Below, in pieces: positions 9,890 through 19,361 of a stretch of DNA of 64,000 bases. The translations under genes were made by a program, and so were the position numbers. The notes beneath the pieces are model-generated. The model had not been told where the DNA came from. It did no database searches and saw only the letters and a program-made list of their open reading frames with translations. The number at the start of each line of letters is the position of its first letter. The first letter of the stretch is position 1. Location of the stretch: the IMG/VR virus record IMGVR_UViG_3300027833_000021, positions 51,065 through 115,064 of that record; one strand, written 5' to 3'. The DNA is from a virus.

Positions 9890-10393
9890 ATGAAAACATT
9901 TAAGACACGACTTGATGACTTTTTTCATTGGGTTAAGGGAACTGAACTTGTAGAACTAACAGATATTGATGTCAGTGAAGACCCAGTAAGACCAGGTTTA
10001 GATTTAGAGTTTAGAACAAGTTATGGTCGCAAGATATATGGGTTGAAATACGAGAATAATATAGAAGGTATCATTTGTATAGCATATTGTAATGATGTAC
10101 CCGAATCAGAAAGAGAATTAGACTTGATAAGTCAAAATGCACATTACAAAGAAGAATTCAATACAGCAGTAGCATATACGGTCTGGAGTCGCAAGAGAGG
10201 GGCTGGTAAAGAGATTATGACGAAACTAAAGGATTACTTGATTGCTAATACAAATGTCAAAAGAGTAGTCACATTATCACCATTAACCCCTATGGCAACC
10301 CATTTTCACATCAGAAATGGTGCAAAATTGATTAATATTAACGCTACCACACAAAATTTCGAATATAAACTTAAAAAAACGGCAAAAACTTGA
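9890..10393 (+). CDS. Hypothetical phage protein, GNAT-like
   Basis: AYTVWSRKRGAGKEI (acetyl-CoA loop-like) and VTLSP...HFHIRNGA. Confidence 0.5.
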   Translation: MKTFKTRLDDFFHWVKGTELVELTDIDVSEDPVRPGLDLEFRTSYGRKIYGLKYENNIEGIICIAYCNDVPESERELDLISQNAHYKEEFNTAVAYTVWSRKRGAGKEIMTKLKDYLIANTNVKRVVTLSPLTPMATHFHIRNGAKLININATTQNFEYKLKKTAKT

Positions 10394-10417
10394 CAAAAGC
10401 GGAGTTTGTGCTATAAT
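10390..10417 (+). promoter_or_regulatory. sigma70-type promoter
   Basis: TTGACA...TGCTATAAT (extended -10). Confidence 0.7.
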
Positions 10418-10448
10418 AATTAAGAATCAACAACTAAAGGAAGTAAAA

Positions 10449-10967
10449 ATGAAAAATATAGTAACTATAATTGCATTAGCAGTGAGTATGTTTTCAGTTA
10501 GTGCAATGGCTTCGGCTTCAACAGCAACAATTGATGGTACTGTTATATCAAGTACTCCTATCATGCAAGAAGTAATTAGAAATAATCCAACGCAATCTTG
10601 TAACATCATAGAAGTTCCTGTTTACGGCAATACTAAAGGCACTGCCGGTGATGCAATCGCAGGCGCACTTATTGGTGGTATTCTAGGTAATCAAGTTGGT
10701 AAAGGCTCTGGTAAAGATGCCGCTACTATCTTCGGTGCTATTCTTGGTGCGAAAGCAGGTGAGAACAACGGTGGTAAAAAAGTTATCGTTGGCTACAAAC
10801 AAGTAGAACAATGTGAAGTAAGATATGTACAAGTGAGAGAATCAGTGGTATCTGGTTATGAAACATCTGTCGAGTTGTACGGTGAACTTATTCATACTTT
10901 CACTACTAAAAGACAGTACAGCACAGGTTCTATTGTACCAGTCAGAATGACGTTATCATTGAATTAA
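10449..10967 (+). CDS. Glycine-zipper 2TM secreted/envelope protein (YcfJ-like)
   Basis: Signal peptide, then GALIGGILGNQVGKGSGKDAATIFGAILGA. Confidence 0.85.
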   Translation: MKNIVTIIALAVSMFSVSAMASASTATIDGTVISSTPIMQEVIRNNPTQSCNIIEVPVYGNTKGTAGDAIAGALIGGILGNQVGKGSGKDAATIFGAILGAKAGENNGGKKVIVGYKQVEQCEVRYVQVRESVVSGYETSVELYGELIHTFTTKRQYSTGSIVPVRMTLSLN

Positions 10968-11035
10968 GTACACACTTATTATAACTGATGATGTAATTTC
11001 TCTATAATATCTCATAAATACATATGAGAGAAACA

Positions 11036-11060
11036 AAAGCCTCTTTTTAGAGGCTTTTTT
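11036..11060 (+). terminator. Intrinsic terminator
   Basis: AAAAGCCTCT-TTTT-AGAGGCTTTTTT hairpin with T-tract. Confidence 0.75.
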
Positions 11061-11086
11061 ATTACATTATAGAGGAGGTATTTATT

Positions 11087-12577
11087 ATGTTATTTCCAAT
11101 AATTACATTTATAACCGCTATCACTATCGCGGCAATTGCCGCATACTTTTCAGTTGCTGGTCTTATGGCTATCTTTACTGCATCGGCAATTTCTGTTGCC
11201 ATTATGGCAGTAGCATTAGAAGTCGGTAAACTAGTTTCAGCATCTTGGGTTTATAGAAACTGGAAAAGGGCACCATTTCTTTTGAAATCATATCTTACTA
11301 TTGCAGTAGTGATATTGATGTTCATCACTTCAATGGGCATTTTCGGTTTCCTATCAAAAGCACATTTAGAACAAGCCGCAGACAGCGAAGAGAACACTGC
11401 TCGTATTGAACGTATCGTACAAGATATGGCTAGATACGAAAATACAAATGATAGACTTGAATTAAAGATTGTAAAATTAGATTCCGAGGGCGAAACAGAT
11501 ACCTCAAAGGTACAAGACCAAATTGATACAGAAGAAAATAGAATGGACAATGTTATGGTCCGTATTCAACCTTCTATTGATGAACAGAATTTAATCATCA
11601 CTACTGAACTATCGAAAGATGATGATAAAATTGCTCCGTATCTAAATCAAATGGATAGCCTAGATAAAGAACTTGATAAACTTGAAGAACAGGCTAAGAA
11701 GTATGAAAATGATATTACTAACGTTGGCAAAGATACAACAAGTTATGATTATGCGATAGCACCATTCCAGGACCAGATTGATAAAATTAAATCTGATACT
11801 GCTACACTTAAAGAAATGTCAAAGTCTGGCACACAAGAAGACCTTAGAAAAGCCCAAAACGCAGTTGGTATTCCTTGGGGTTTCTGGAGAAACTCAGAAG
11901 TTCTTAAAGAATGGAATGAAGCAAACACGTTAAAATTGACTGAACTAGGAATGAAGATTGCAGATGTTCGTAAAGAGTATGAAGAGCAATATAAACAAGA
12001 ACGCATTAGACTAAGTAATCTGGTAGTCAAGTTAAGAGGTGTTGATACTCAATCTGTGAATAAACGTAAGATGGACTTACTAGAAAAGATTGAAGATACA
12101 AGAGGCGTAGAGTCTCCTGTAATATCTTCCGCTAGAGAAGAAATCAAAAGATTGCGTGAGAAAGCAGATAGAGAAGTTGCAGGTTCTTTAATTATCCTTG
12201 ATAGATTACGTAACGAATTATTGAACGTATCACAAGTTGACAATTCAGTAGAAGTTGAGCAGTTGCAGTTGAAAATAAATGCAAATGATGATGCTGTCGA
12301 TGAATTGATTGACCAGAAGTTTGAATTAGAACGTGAGATTAGAGCAATAGAAACTGAAGTAGGACCTATCAAGTATATTGCAGAACTGGTTTATGAAAAT
12401 ACAGATGGCGATACGATTGATGAAGCAGTTAGATGGCTTATCATTATATTCATCTTTGTGTTTGACCCGTTAGCAGTATTACTATTGATTGCGGCAAACT
12501 ATAGTTTTCAAAACAGAAACAGTGGTGGCAGACAGGAAGAAATCTTCGACAAGTTTACTTTCAAAAAAAAAAATTAA
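11087..12577 (+). CDS. Membrane-anchored long coiled-coil protein, probably extended to 12858 across an A11 run
   Basis: Three N-terminal TM segments, long coiled coil and a C-terminal TM (IIFIFVFDPLAV). Stop follows A11; the shifted frame stays open to 12858. Confidence 0.7.
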   Translation: MLFPIITFITAITIAAIAAYFSVAGLMAIFTASAISVAIMAVALEVGKLVSASWVYRNWKRAPFLLKSYLTIAVVILMFITSMGIFGFLSKAHLEQAADSEENTARIERIVQDMARYENTNDRLELKIVKLDSEGETDTSKVQDQIDTEENRMDNVMVRIQPSIDEQNLIITTELSKDDDKIAPYLNQMDSLDKELDKLEEQAKKYENDITNVGKDTTSYDYAIAPFQDQIDKIKSDTATLKEMSKSGTQEDLRKAQNAVGIPWGFWRNSEVLKEWNEANTLKLTELGMKIADVRKEYEEQYKQERIRLSNLVVKLRGVDTQSVNKRKMDLLEKIEDTRGVESPVISSAREEIKRLREKADREVAGSLIILDRLRNELLNVSQVDNSVEVEQLQLKINANDDAVDELIDQKFELEREIRAIETEVGPIKYIAELVYENTDGDTIDEAVRWLIIIFIFVFDPLAVLLLIAANYSFQNRNSGGRQEEIFDKFTFKKKN

Positions 12578-12875
12578 AGAAACCACTTGACATTTCACCC
12601 AAAATAAGCGATAATATTACTAATGACGAAGTAATAGAAGATACAATCACGTCAGAAGAACCTGAAGAAGAAAGTTTTGGTGTAATCTTAGATGATGCTA
12701 AGATTGATGAGGGAATAGAAAAAGTTGACGAAATCGAAGAAGACTTAACTCCAGAAGAAGTTGAAGAAGTTAAGAAAGAAGTCCAACGTAAGATAAATAC
12801 AGAAGTGTTCAAGCGAGACGGTTGGTTAGATGATGTTGACACTAATACTAAAAAGTAAAAAGGCGTAGGTACATA

Positions 12876-14138
12876 TTGGCAGAAAATAAAGAATTTAAAT
12901 GTTCGTTTTGTGGTAAACCAAAGAACGAAATTAAAACATTAATTGCAGGACCTAATCAATACATTTGTAATGAATGTATTGACTTGTGCCATAATATTAT
13001 ACACGAAGTAAAATCAGATGATATAAACAATCCTGATTATAACCCAGTAGCGGTTACTCCTGAAGAAATCAAAGAGTACTTAGATGAACATGTTATCGGT
13101 CAAGATGAAGCAAAAGAAGTCGTTTCAGTTGCAGTGTATAACCACTATAAACGTATCAATTCTACTGACACAGATATAGAATTAGATAAGTCTAACATCC
13201 TAGTCTTTGGTCCAAGTGGTACTGGTAAAACTTTGATAGGTAAAACTATTGCTAAATTCCTTGATGTGCCATTTGCTCAAATTGATGCTACCTCACTTAC
13301 TGAAAGTGGTTACGTTGGTGAAGACGTAGAGAATGTAGTACAGCGTTTGTTAATTGCATCAGATTTTGATATTGAAAAAGCCGAACGTGGCATTGTTTAC
13401 ATTGATGAAATTGATAAGAAAGCCAAGAAAGGTGAAAACTTATCAATCACAAAAGACGTTTCTGGTGAAGGTGTACAACAAGCACTACTTAAAATCGTTG
13501 AAGGAACAGTTGTTCGTGTCCCACCTGGCGGGGGTCGTAAACATCCAAACCAAGAAATGATTGAAGTAGATACTAGAAAAATCTTATTCATTGTCGGTGG
13601 TGCATTTGTAGGTATAGATAAGATTGTAGAAAATAGAGTTAACACAAGTCCTGGGATTGGTTTTGGTGCATCACACAAGGTAGACACATGTAAGTGTGTA
13701 ACTAGCAGAGAAATTAGAACACAAGACCTTCTTAAGTATGGACTAATTCCAGAATTTATGGGTAGATTTCCAATCGTTGTGGGACTTGAAGACCTGACAG
13801 AAGCAGAATTAGTCAGAATTCTAGTTGAGCCAAAGAACAGTATAGTTGCACAGTTTAAGAAACTATTCTCATTAGATAACGTAGAGTTAGAAATGGGTGA
13901 TGATACATTATCAGCCATAGCCAAAATTGCACATGAAGATACTACAGGTGCAAGAGGACTACGAAGTGTTATAGAGAAATCATTACTCAAGGTGCAGTTT
14001 ACTCTTCCAAAATTGGCAAAAGAAGGACTAGAGAAAGTTATTATTACTAAAGAATTTATTAATGCAGATGTAGATACACCAATCTTAGTATATGCAGAAG
14101 ATGAGTCCAAGGAGACTGAACAAGGCATAGATGGGTAA
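12876..14138 (+). CDS. clpX: ATP-dependent Clp protease ATP-binding subunit ClpX
   Basis: CSFCGK...CNECIDLC zinc finger, [25 protein letters not shown] loop and GARGLRS; TTG start. Confidence 0.97.
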   Translation: MAENKEFKCSFCGKPKNEIKTLIAGPNQYICNECIDLCHNIIHEVKSDDINNPDYNPVAVTPEEIKEYLDEHVIGQDEAKEVVSVAVYNHYKRINSTDTDIELDKSNILVFGPSGTGKTLIGKTIAKFLDVPFAQIDATSLTESGYVGEDVENVVQRLLIASDFDIEKAERGIVYIDEIDKKAKKGENLSITKDVSGEGVQQALLKIVEGTVVRVPPGGGRKHPNQEMIEVDTRKILFIVGGAFVGIDKIVENRVNTSPGIGFGASHKVDTCKCVTSREIRTQDLLKYGLIPEFMGRFPIVVGLEDLTEAELVRILVEPKNSIVAQFKKLFSLDNVELEMGDDTLSAIAKIAHEDTTGARGLRSVIEKSLLKVQFTLPKLAKEGLEKVIITKEFINADVDTPILVYAEDESKETEQGIDG

Positions 14139-14670
14139 TTATTACAAAAAGACTAGTAAAGTTAATATAATTTCTAATAATCAGATAACATTTGATAAAT
14201 TAAGAGTAATAGATAAAGACAGAGAGCCACTAGGAATAATGGACAAGTCAGAAGCAATAGAACTTGCTTTATCTCAAGGATTAGACTTAGTATTGATTGT
14301 AGAAAAAGCAGACCCTCCAGTTGCTAGAATAATCGAATTAAATAAGTATAAATACGAGATACAAAAGAACGAGAAGGAGATGGCTAAAAAAGCCAGAGCC
14401 TCAAGGATAGATACTAAAGAAGTTAAGTTTAAGCCTAATATAGGCGAACATGATTTACTTATAAAACTAAATCATGCACAAGAGTTTTTAGATAATGGAT
14501 GTAAAGTTAAGATTACTATTCAGATGCGAGGTAGAGAAAACTCAAATAGTTCGGAAGTATTTAAACATTTTAAAAATGCAATTGAAACACATCTAGTCAA
14601 TTTTAGATGGGATTCAAACTTAGCATTAAACGGAAATAGAATAATAGGATTACTATATAAAGATGGCTAA
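14131..14670 (+). CDS. infC: Translation initiation factor IF-3
   Basis: GLDLVLI...PPVARII...[19 protein letters not shown] and [12 protein letters not shown]. Confidence 0.93.
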   Translation: MGNYYKKTSKVNIISNNQITFDKLRVIDKDREPLGIMDKSEAIELALSQGLDLVLIVEKADPPVARIIELNKYKYEIQKNEKEMAKKARASRIDTKEVKFKPNIGEHDLLIKLNHAQEFLDNGCKVKITIQMRGRENSNSSEVFKHFKNAIETHLVNFRWDSNLALNGNRIIGLLYKDG

Positions 14671-14926
14671 ATTTACACCAAGAAAGGTAAAAACAGGTAG
14701 AGAAAGACCAATAGGAACTCACGTAGAAGTACAACATGATAACTTTGAAAGAGCATTAAGACTTTGGAAAAGAAAATGTTCAGATGCAGGCACAGTACAA
14801 GAAGTTAGAGAACGACAAGCATTCATTAAGCCTACTGAAAAGAAGAAGAAAATGAAAGCGGCAGCCAAGCAACGAACTAGACGTGAACAAGCAAAGAATA
14901 AATTACATAAGAAAAGATTGTATTAA
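14663..14926 (+). CDS. rpsU: Ribosomal protein bS21
   Basis: VEVQHDNFERALRLWKRKCSDAGTVQEVRERQAFIKPTEKKK. Confidence 0.88.
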   Translation: MAKFTPRKVKTGRERPIGTHVEVQHDNFERALRLWKRKCSDAGTVQEVRERQAFIKPTEKKKKMKAAAKQRTRREQAKNKLHKKRLY

Positions 14927-15168
14927 TGTCAATTGAAATACTTGAAACACTAGATGTAAGAACTCTACAGAAAGAGTCCGCTAGAGCATTATTAACCATG
15001 GACGGAACAAGTCATGGTATATCACGTTTCAACAAACAAGCACAACATAACTCTCAGAATTGGTACAAAGCAGTGCTAAAAGAGTATATAGAAGAACATG
15101 GAGGCTTACCTTGTGATGTAGGTCCCGCAAAGGATTTAGTGTTATTTTCCGAGAAAATTGGTTTATAA
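14926..15168 (+). CDS. Hypothetical protein
   Basis: 80-aa ORF coupled to rpsU (TAATG overlap). Confidence 0.6.
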   Translation: MSIEILETLDVRTLQKESARALLTMDGTSHGISRFNKQAQHNSQNWYKAVLKEYIEEHGGLPCDVGPAKDLVLFSEKIGL

Positions 15169-15180
15169 AGACTAAATAAG

Positions 15181-15272
15181 AGTGTACTGAGCAATAGTGT
15201 TTAGTATATTACCGAGATGCCGATAGGGTCTCAAACAATAATAACTTGCTTAATATAAGGAGAAAAATTATG
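15181..15272 (+). promoter_or_regulatory. ROSE-like RNA thermometer in the hsp20 5' UTR
   Basis: Two upstream hairpins, then CTTGCT-TAATATA-AGGAG: the U(U/C)GCU motif paired against the SD. Confidence 0.65.
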
Positions 15273-15698
15273 ACAAGACACGTAACCACACTAACCCTGC
15301 CTGACTTTCACAGAACAATGCTAGGATTTGACCGACTGGTCGAAGACTTTCAAACGTTCAATGCTGGAGCAAACAATGGGTATCCCCCTTTCAACGTAGA
15401 GACTTCTGGTGATGACAAATATCAAATCACACTAGCACTCGCTGGTTTTGTACGAGACGATTTAAAAATCGATGTACAAGAAGGCATTCTTACTATTACA
15501 GGTGAGAAAGTAGAAGTGGAGTCAGAAGAAGTTCAATATCTACATAAAGGTATCGCTAATAGAAGTTTCACAAGAACTTGGAAATTAGCAGAATACGTTG
15601 AGGTAGTAGAAGCCAAGATGGAAAATGGTATGCTTTACATTTCTTTAGAACGCATTGTTCCAGAAGAAAAGAAACCAAAGTCTATCAAAATTAACTAA
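15270..15698 (+). CDS. Small heat-shock protein Hsp20 (IbpA-like)
   Basis: LGFDRL, YPPFNVE, LALAGF, YLHKGIANRSFTR and PEEKKPKSIKI; AGGAG RBS precedes the ATG at 15270. Confidence 0.95.
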   Translation: MTRHVTTLTLPDFHRTMLGFDRLVEDFQTFNAGANNGYPPFNVETSGDDKYQITLALAGFVRDDLKIDVQEGILTITGEKVEVESEEVQYLHKGIANRSFTRTWKLAEYVEVVEAKMENGMLYISLERIVPEEKKPKSIKIN

Positions 15699-15740
15699 AA
15701 AGTTACTTGACTTTAACTACTAATTTAGTTATAATTAAGG

Positions 15741-15770
15741 GAGACAGACAGAAATGTTTGTCTCTTTTTT
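15741..15770 (+). terminator. Intrinsic terminator
   Basis: GAGACAGACA-GAAA-TGTTTGTCTC followed by TTTTTT. Confidence 0.8.
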
Positions 15771-15824
15771 AATAGCCGACACGTGAAATTTGCATAAATA
15801 CATAGTATATGAGGGAGAGTATAA

Positions 15825-16142
15825 ATGATTGAAAGTAACGAAAAAGAAAAAGTACAGTCATCTAATAATTCGTTATTAGCAATAGGCGAACCGAAGCAAT
15901 ATTATGTTGTAATGCACAATGATGATAAGACTCCATTCGACTTTGTTATTGATATACTTATGGCGTTGTTTAGCCATGATAAAGATACATCGGCAGACTT
16001 AGCACACAAGATACACGTAGACGAAAAGGCAATTGTAGGAATGTATAACTTAGAAATCGCAGAACAAAAAGTTGAAGAGACTGTAAAGGCAAGCAGAGTT
16101 GCTAACTATCCTCTATCGGTATCTTTAGAACCAACGACTTAA
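15825..16142 (+). CDS. clpS: N-degron adaptor ClpS
   Basis: YYVVMHNDDKTPFDFVIDIL, IH..EKAIVG.Y..EIAEQK and YPL. Confidence 0.92.
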   Translation: MIESNEKEKVQSSNNSLLAIGEPKQYYVVMHNDDKTPFDFVIDILMALFSHDKDTSADLAHKIHVDEKAIVGMYNLEIAEQKVEETVKASRVANYPLSVSLEPTT

Positions 16143-16148
16143 TTGACT

Positions 16149-16844
16149 ATGCGCCATCGCATACTTCAATATTGTACTAATGACTTTCTACACGGTAGTG
16201 ATTACTTTGATGAAGTAACAACTGATGTGGATTACGCATTATTTCAAAGATTGCCAATTGCGAATGAGTTATCTGGACCAAACATAAAAGAAATTCATTT
16301 AGAACGAAGTATTTCTAATATGAGAGATTCTTTGTATGTGGGTGTAGCAAGATTTCATGGTAAGTCAAAGTTCGACTCATGTGTTTCATTTAATTTGCCA
16401 AGCAAAGACATAGTTAGAGCAACTAATAATAAGTTTCAAGGTTCTAAAGCGTTATGTACTGGCATAGACAAAGTAGTGTTCTGTAGTATATTACCATGTT
16501 ATCCTGACGGTCAAGACGGTGGGACTATTGTAGGTAAAGATACATTAGATGATATTGAGTTTATTCTTAACAAACTTAAATATACTAAATGTATCATAGC
16601 AGGTGATTTTCATCATGCTCCTGGCATGTTCAATAAGTTAGAAACATTAATTGAGTCTTATGGGTTTAAATCATACTTAGATAATTATGATACATTTATC
16701 AAACCAGAAAATGGTGATAAGTTTAACTTAGACAGAATGATATCAAATATACCAAATTTAGAAGTTTCAAATATCAAGGTACATCAACCTTCACATCCAA
16801 AAACACATTTAGCAATATCTTATGATATTGATTTTGACATATAG
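16149..16844 (+). CDS. Endonuclease/exonuclease/phosphatase (EEP)-like protein
   Basis: IIAGDFH, TF...LDRMI and a terminal H motif; divergent. Confidence 0.55.
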   Translation: MRHRILQYCTNDFLHGSDYFDEVTTDVDYALFQRLPIANELSGPNIKEIHLERSISNMRDSLYVGVARFHGKSKFDSCVSFNLPSKDIVRATNNKFQGSKALCTGIDKVVFCSILPCYPDGQDGGTIVGKDTLDDIEFILNKLKYTKCIIAGDFHHAPGMFNKLETLIESYGFKSYLDNYDTFIKPENGDKFNLDRMISNIPNLEVSNIKVHQPSHPKTHLAISYDIDFDI

Positions 16845-16855
16845 TAGATATATAA

Positions 16856-17536
16856 ATGAACTTAAAAATATTAAACGAATTAGATAGAATTCTTAAATAC
16901 AATCCAAGTCTATTACAGGATAAACATGCATTCTGTCAAGTTGTAAATGGCGTATTTGACATTGAATTGACACAAATTGTTTCTACAGAAATTCATACAC
17001 TAGCAGAACAAATCGATAGAGCGGTATTGAAAAATTATTTCGGTAAAGTTTGGCAAGCAGAAACAAAGAAATTCAAATATAGCGGACTTGCAATTATTGA
17101 TGAAGTGAATGATATGTTGCCTACTAACGTTATCGATATCGGTTGTGGTTATAATGAGTTCAAAGGAAAGATTAAAAATCTAGTTGGCATCGACCCATAT
17201 AATGATAGAGCCGATATTAAGTCTCAAGTATTAGACTATCAAACAGATGTTGAATATGATGTTGCTATTTGTCTAGGTAGTATCAACTTTGGTAGTAGTG
17301 ACAAGATAATTTCTGAACTTGAGCATGTAGTTGATATGGTCAAGCCAGGCGGTTTCTTATATTTCAGAGTTAATCCAGGAATTCAACACGATAAAAAAGA
17401 AGCAAAATGGATTAACTTTTATGACTGGGACCCAGTCTTTATATCAAATGTTGCACAACATATTAAGTGTGATGTGTTAGTATTGAGACAAGACGACAAT
17501 AACAGGCTTTATTTTGTTTTACGAAAAAACGGTTGA
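16856..17536 (+). CDS. Class I SAM-dependent methyltransferase
   Basis: VIDIGCG, GIDPY, YDVAICLGS and KPGGFLY motifs. Confidence 0.8.
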   Translation: MNLKILNELDRILKYNPSLLQDKHAFCQVVNGVFDIELTQIVSTEIHTLAEQIDRAVLKNYFGKVWQAETKKFKYSGLAIIDEVNDMLPTNVIDIGCGYNEFKGKIKNLVGIDPYNDRADIKSQVLDYQTDVEYDVAICLGSINFGSSDKIISELEHVVDMVKPGGFLYFRVNPGIQHDKKEAKWINFYDWDPVFISNVAQHIKCDVLVLRQDDNNRLYFVLRKNG

Positions 17537-17590
17537 CAAATCCTAGAACCTGATGTATAGTGATTCTGTATTAATCAAAGGATAAAATAA

Positions 17591-17791
17591 ATGACTGATT
17601 TTGTAGAAACAAAAGAAACATCTTTCACATACACACCAGAAAAAGCAGACACATTTCTATTTGAAATGCTTCCGCGTTTTGCAAAACAACTCGGCGTCAC
17701 TTATGTAATTAATGATGACAACTCAATCACTTTTTCTTGTGATAATCCTAACTATCTCCAAGAGTGTTACGACCAACTATACCAAAATTAA
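17591..17791 (+). CDS. Hypothetical protein
   Basis: Follows a TTGACA promoter and an AAGGA RBS. Confidence 0.6.
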   Translation: MTDFVETKETSFTYTPEKADTFLFEMLPRFAKQLGVTYVINDDNSITFSCDNPNYLQECYDQLYQN

Positions 17792-17844
17792 CTAAAAATA
17801 ACTCATGTTTACGCTAACGATTAGTATATTGAGTAAATATACGT

Positions 17845-18033
17845 ATGTCACATAAAGAAGCGTACAGAATGTTTTGGATGGTCAAAGGACACTTTAACAC
17901 GTCGGAATCGACAGTGCTATCTTGTGCCGAAGGATACTTTAAACGTGTATGGAGAGCAGGCTGTGACGGAGCACCATTATCAGAATGGGAAGAAGGTTTC
18001 GAAGAAGCATATTCAAAAATAATTCAAAAATAA
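17845..18033 (+). CDS. Hypothetical protein
   Basis: 62-aa ORF starting 5 nt after a TAAATA motif. Confidence 0.55.
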   Translation: MSHKEAYRMFWMVKGHFNTSESTVLSCAEGYFKRVWRAGCDGAPLSEWEEGFEEAYSKIIQK

Positions 18034-18044
18034 TTAAAAAAATG

Positions 18045-18095
18045 TTGACATTCCTTGTCAATTCTGTTATTATGTTCGTACTAATAAGATAAATA
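18045..18095 (+). promoter_or_regulatory. sigma70 promoter plus late-like motif driving the tct operon
   Basis: TTGACA(18045)-17 nt-TATTAT(18068); GATAAATA at 18088. Confidence 0.7.
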
Positions 18096-18100
18096 AAAAC

Positions 18101-18290
18101 TAGTGCAGAGTTGCACTTCCGCATGTATTACAGAGTGTAAGCATGTCTTATCTATTTTCAAATTATAGAATAGGACAATGGTGTTTGCTCTCTAATAGTG
18201 TGCAACAAATCTCCAAAACCCTATTCTAAAATCACTTAAGTAATAAGCCACGCCTACTTAAGTTTTTATTAATGTGGTTAACAACGGAGT
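18101..18290 (+). ncRNA. Candidate structured cis-regulatory leader (riboswitch-like)
   Basis: Long nested stem 18110-18206, an alternative helix 18166-74/18220-28, and a terminator-like hairpin 18234-18267 whose loop can pair with 18274-79. Confidence 0.5.
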
Positions 18291-18295
18291 AAATA

Positions 18296-19351
18296 ATGTT
18301 TAAAAAACTATTAATCTCAGCAGTACTATCAGTAGGTATTGCAACATCAGCCATGGCTGATTACACCCTAATCGTACCACAAGCACCTGGTAAAGGTACT
18401 TCAGTATGGGGTGAAATTATTGCTAAGAACTTAGAAAAGTTTCTAGGTGAACCAGTAGTAGTTCGTCATATTCCAGGCGCACGTGATATTCCTGGATTTA
18501 ACAAGTTCCACGACAGCCTACGTTTTGACGACAAAACAATCATGGTTGCACATGGTGGTAACGGTGTATCATACTTACTAGATAAAGTTAGATATGATTA
18601 TTACGATTATGAATTAATTGGTTCAATGAATAATGATATCGTTCTTGGTAAGCAAGAAGGCAAAGACGAAAAATCAGGCACTTGGACAATTGCAGGTGGT
18701 TCAGGTTTTGAACCAGATGCGGCTGCGGCGGCAATGTTAATTTGTGGCCCACAAGAAAACGGTTCAATCGATGCCTACTTGGCATGTTGGAGAGAACGTG
18801 TTGTATGGGTTAACGGTGTATCAGGCGGTGAAAAGCGTCTAGGTTTCCAAAATGGTGAATTTGATATCGCACGTGAATCACCAGCGGCGTGGAAACGTTT
18901 CTATACAGGTATCGAAGGTAACGAACTATGGTTCACACATGGTATCTTAGATTTAGAAAACAATGTACAAATGGATGACCCTAACTTTCCAAATACACAA
19001 TTTGAAGACGTGTATGAAAGATTATGGGGCGAAGCACCAGCAGGAGATTTATATAACGCATATAAACTTACTCGTAACTGGCGTGATGCAATCCAAAAGT
19101 CACTTTGGATGAACAAAGGTAACCCGAATGCGGCAAAAGTAAAAGCGGCTGTAACTGAAATGATTAATGACCCAGTTGCAAGTGCAGAAATTTATGCTAA
19201 GACAGGTGTTTATCCTTGGATCCAAGACGGTGATAGTCTATTAGCGGCTCTTAAATCTTTGATTACAGAGAAAGCACTAAGAGATGCGGTTAAGTGGAAC
19301 CAAGAAGCATATGGCTTCCCATCAATCTACAAACCTGAACTTTTAGACTAA
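18296..19351 (+). CDS. Tripartite tricarboxylate transporter substrate-binding protein (TctC/Bug-like)
   Basis: Signal peptide, TLIVPQAPGKGTSVW and LGEPVVVRHIPGA; adjacent to tctA. Confidence 0.75.
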   Translation: MFKKLLISAVLSVGIATSAMADYTLIVPQAPGKGTSVWGEIIAKNLEKFLGEPVVVRHIPGARDIPGFNKFHDSLRFDDKTIMVAHGGNGVSYLLDKVRYDYYDYELIGSMNNDIVLGKQEGKDEKSGTWTIAGGSGFEPDAAAAAMLICGPQENGSIDAYLACWRERVVWVNGVSGGEKRLGFQNGEFDIARESPAAWKRFYTGIEGNELWFTHGILDLENNVQMDDPNFPNTQFEDVYERLWGEAPAGDLYNAYKLTRNWRDAIQKSLWMNKGNPNAAKVKAAVTEMINDPVASAEIYAKTGVYPWIQDGDSLLAALKSLITEKALRDAVKWNQEAYGFPSIYKPELLD

Positions 19352-19361
19352 GGAAAATACT

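Noticed and set aside
12561-12842. 93-aa minus-strand ORF in the gap before clpX
   Set aside because: It is a Ser-rich mirror of the acidic plus-strand frameshift tail, which explains the region better.
13397-14128. 243-aa antisense ORF inside clpX, and similar shadow ORFs (142-546, 11251-12372, 20027-20398, 24438-25232, 46487-46879)
   Set aside because: They lie opposite well-supported genes and have no motifs or RBS; this is the expected codon-bias artefact.
18011-18040. Short tandem repeat ATTCAAAAATA, about 2.5 copies
   Set aside because: Low-complexity AT sequence at a gene end or UP element; too short to support a function.
18234-18290. Assigning the tctC leader pseudoknot to SAM-II/SAM-V or preQ1 riboswitches
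   Set aside because: The topology is similar, but the conserved ligand-binding nucleotides are not recognisable, so it is left as an unknown class.
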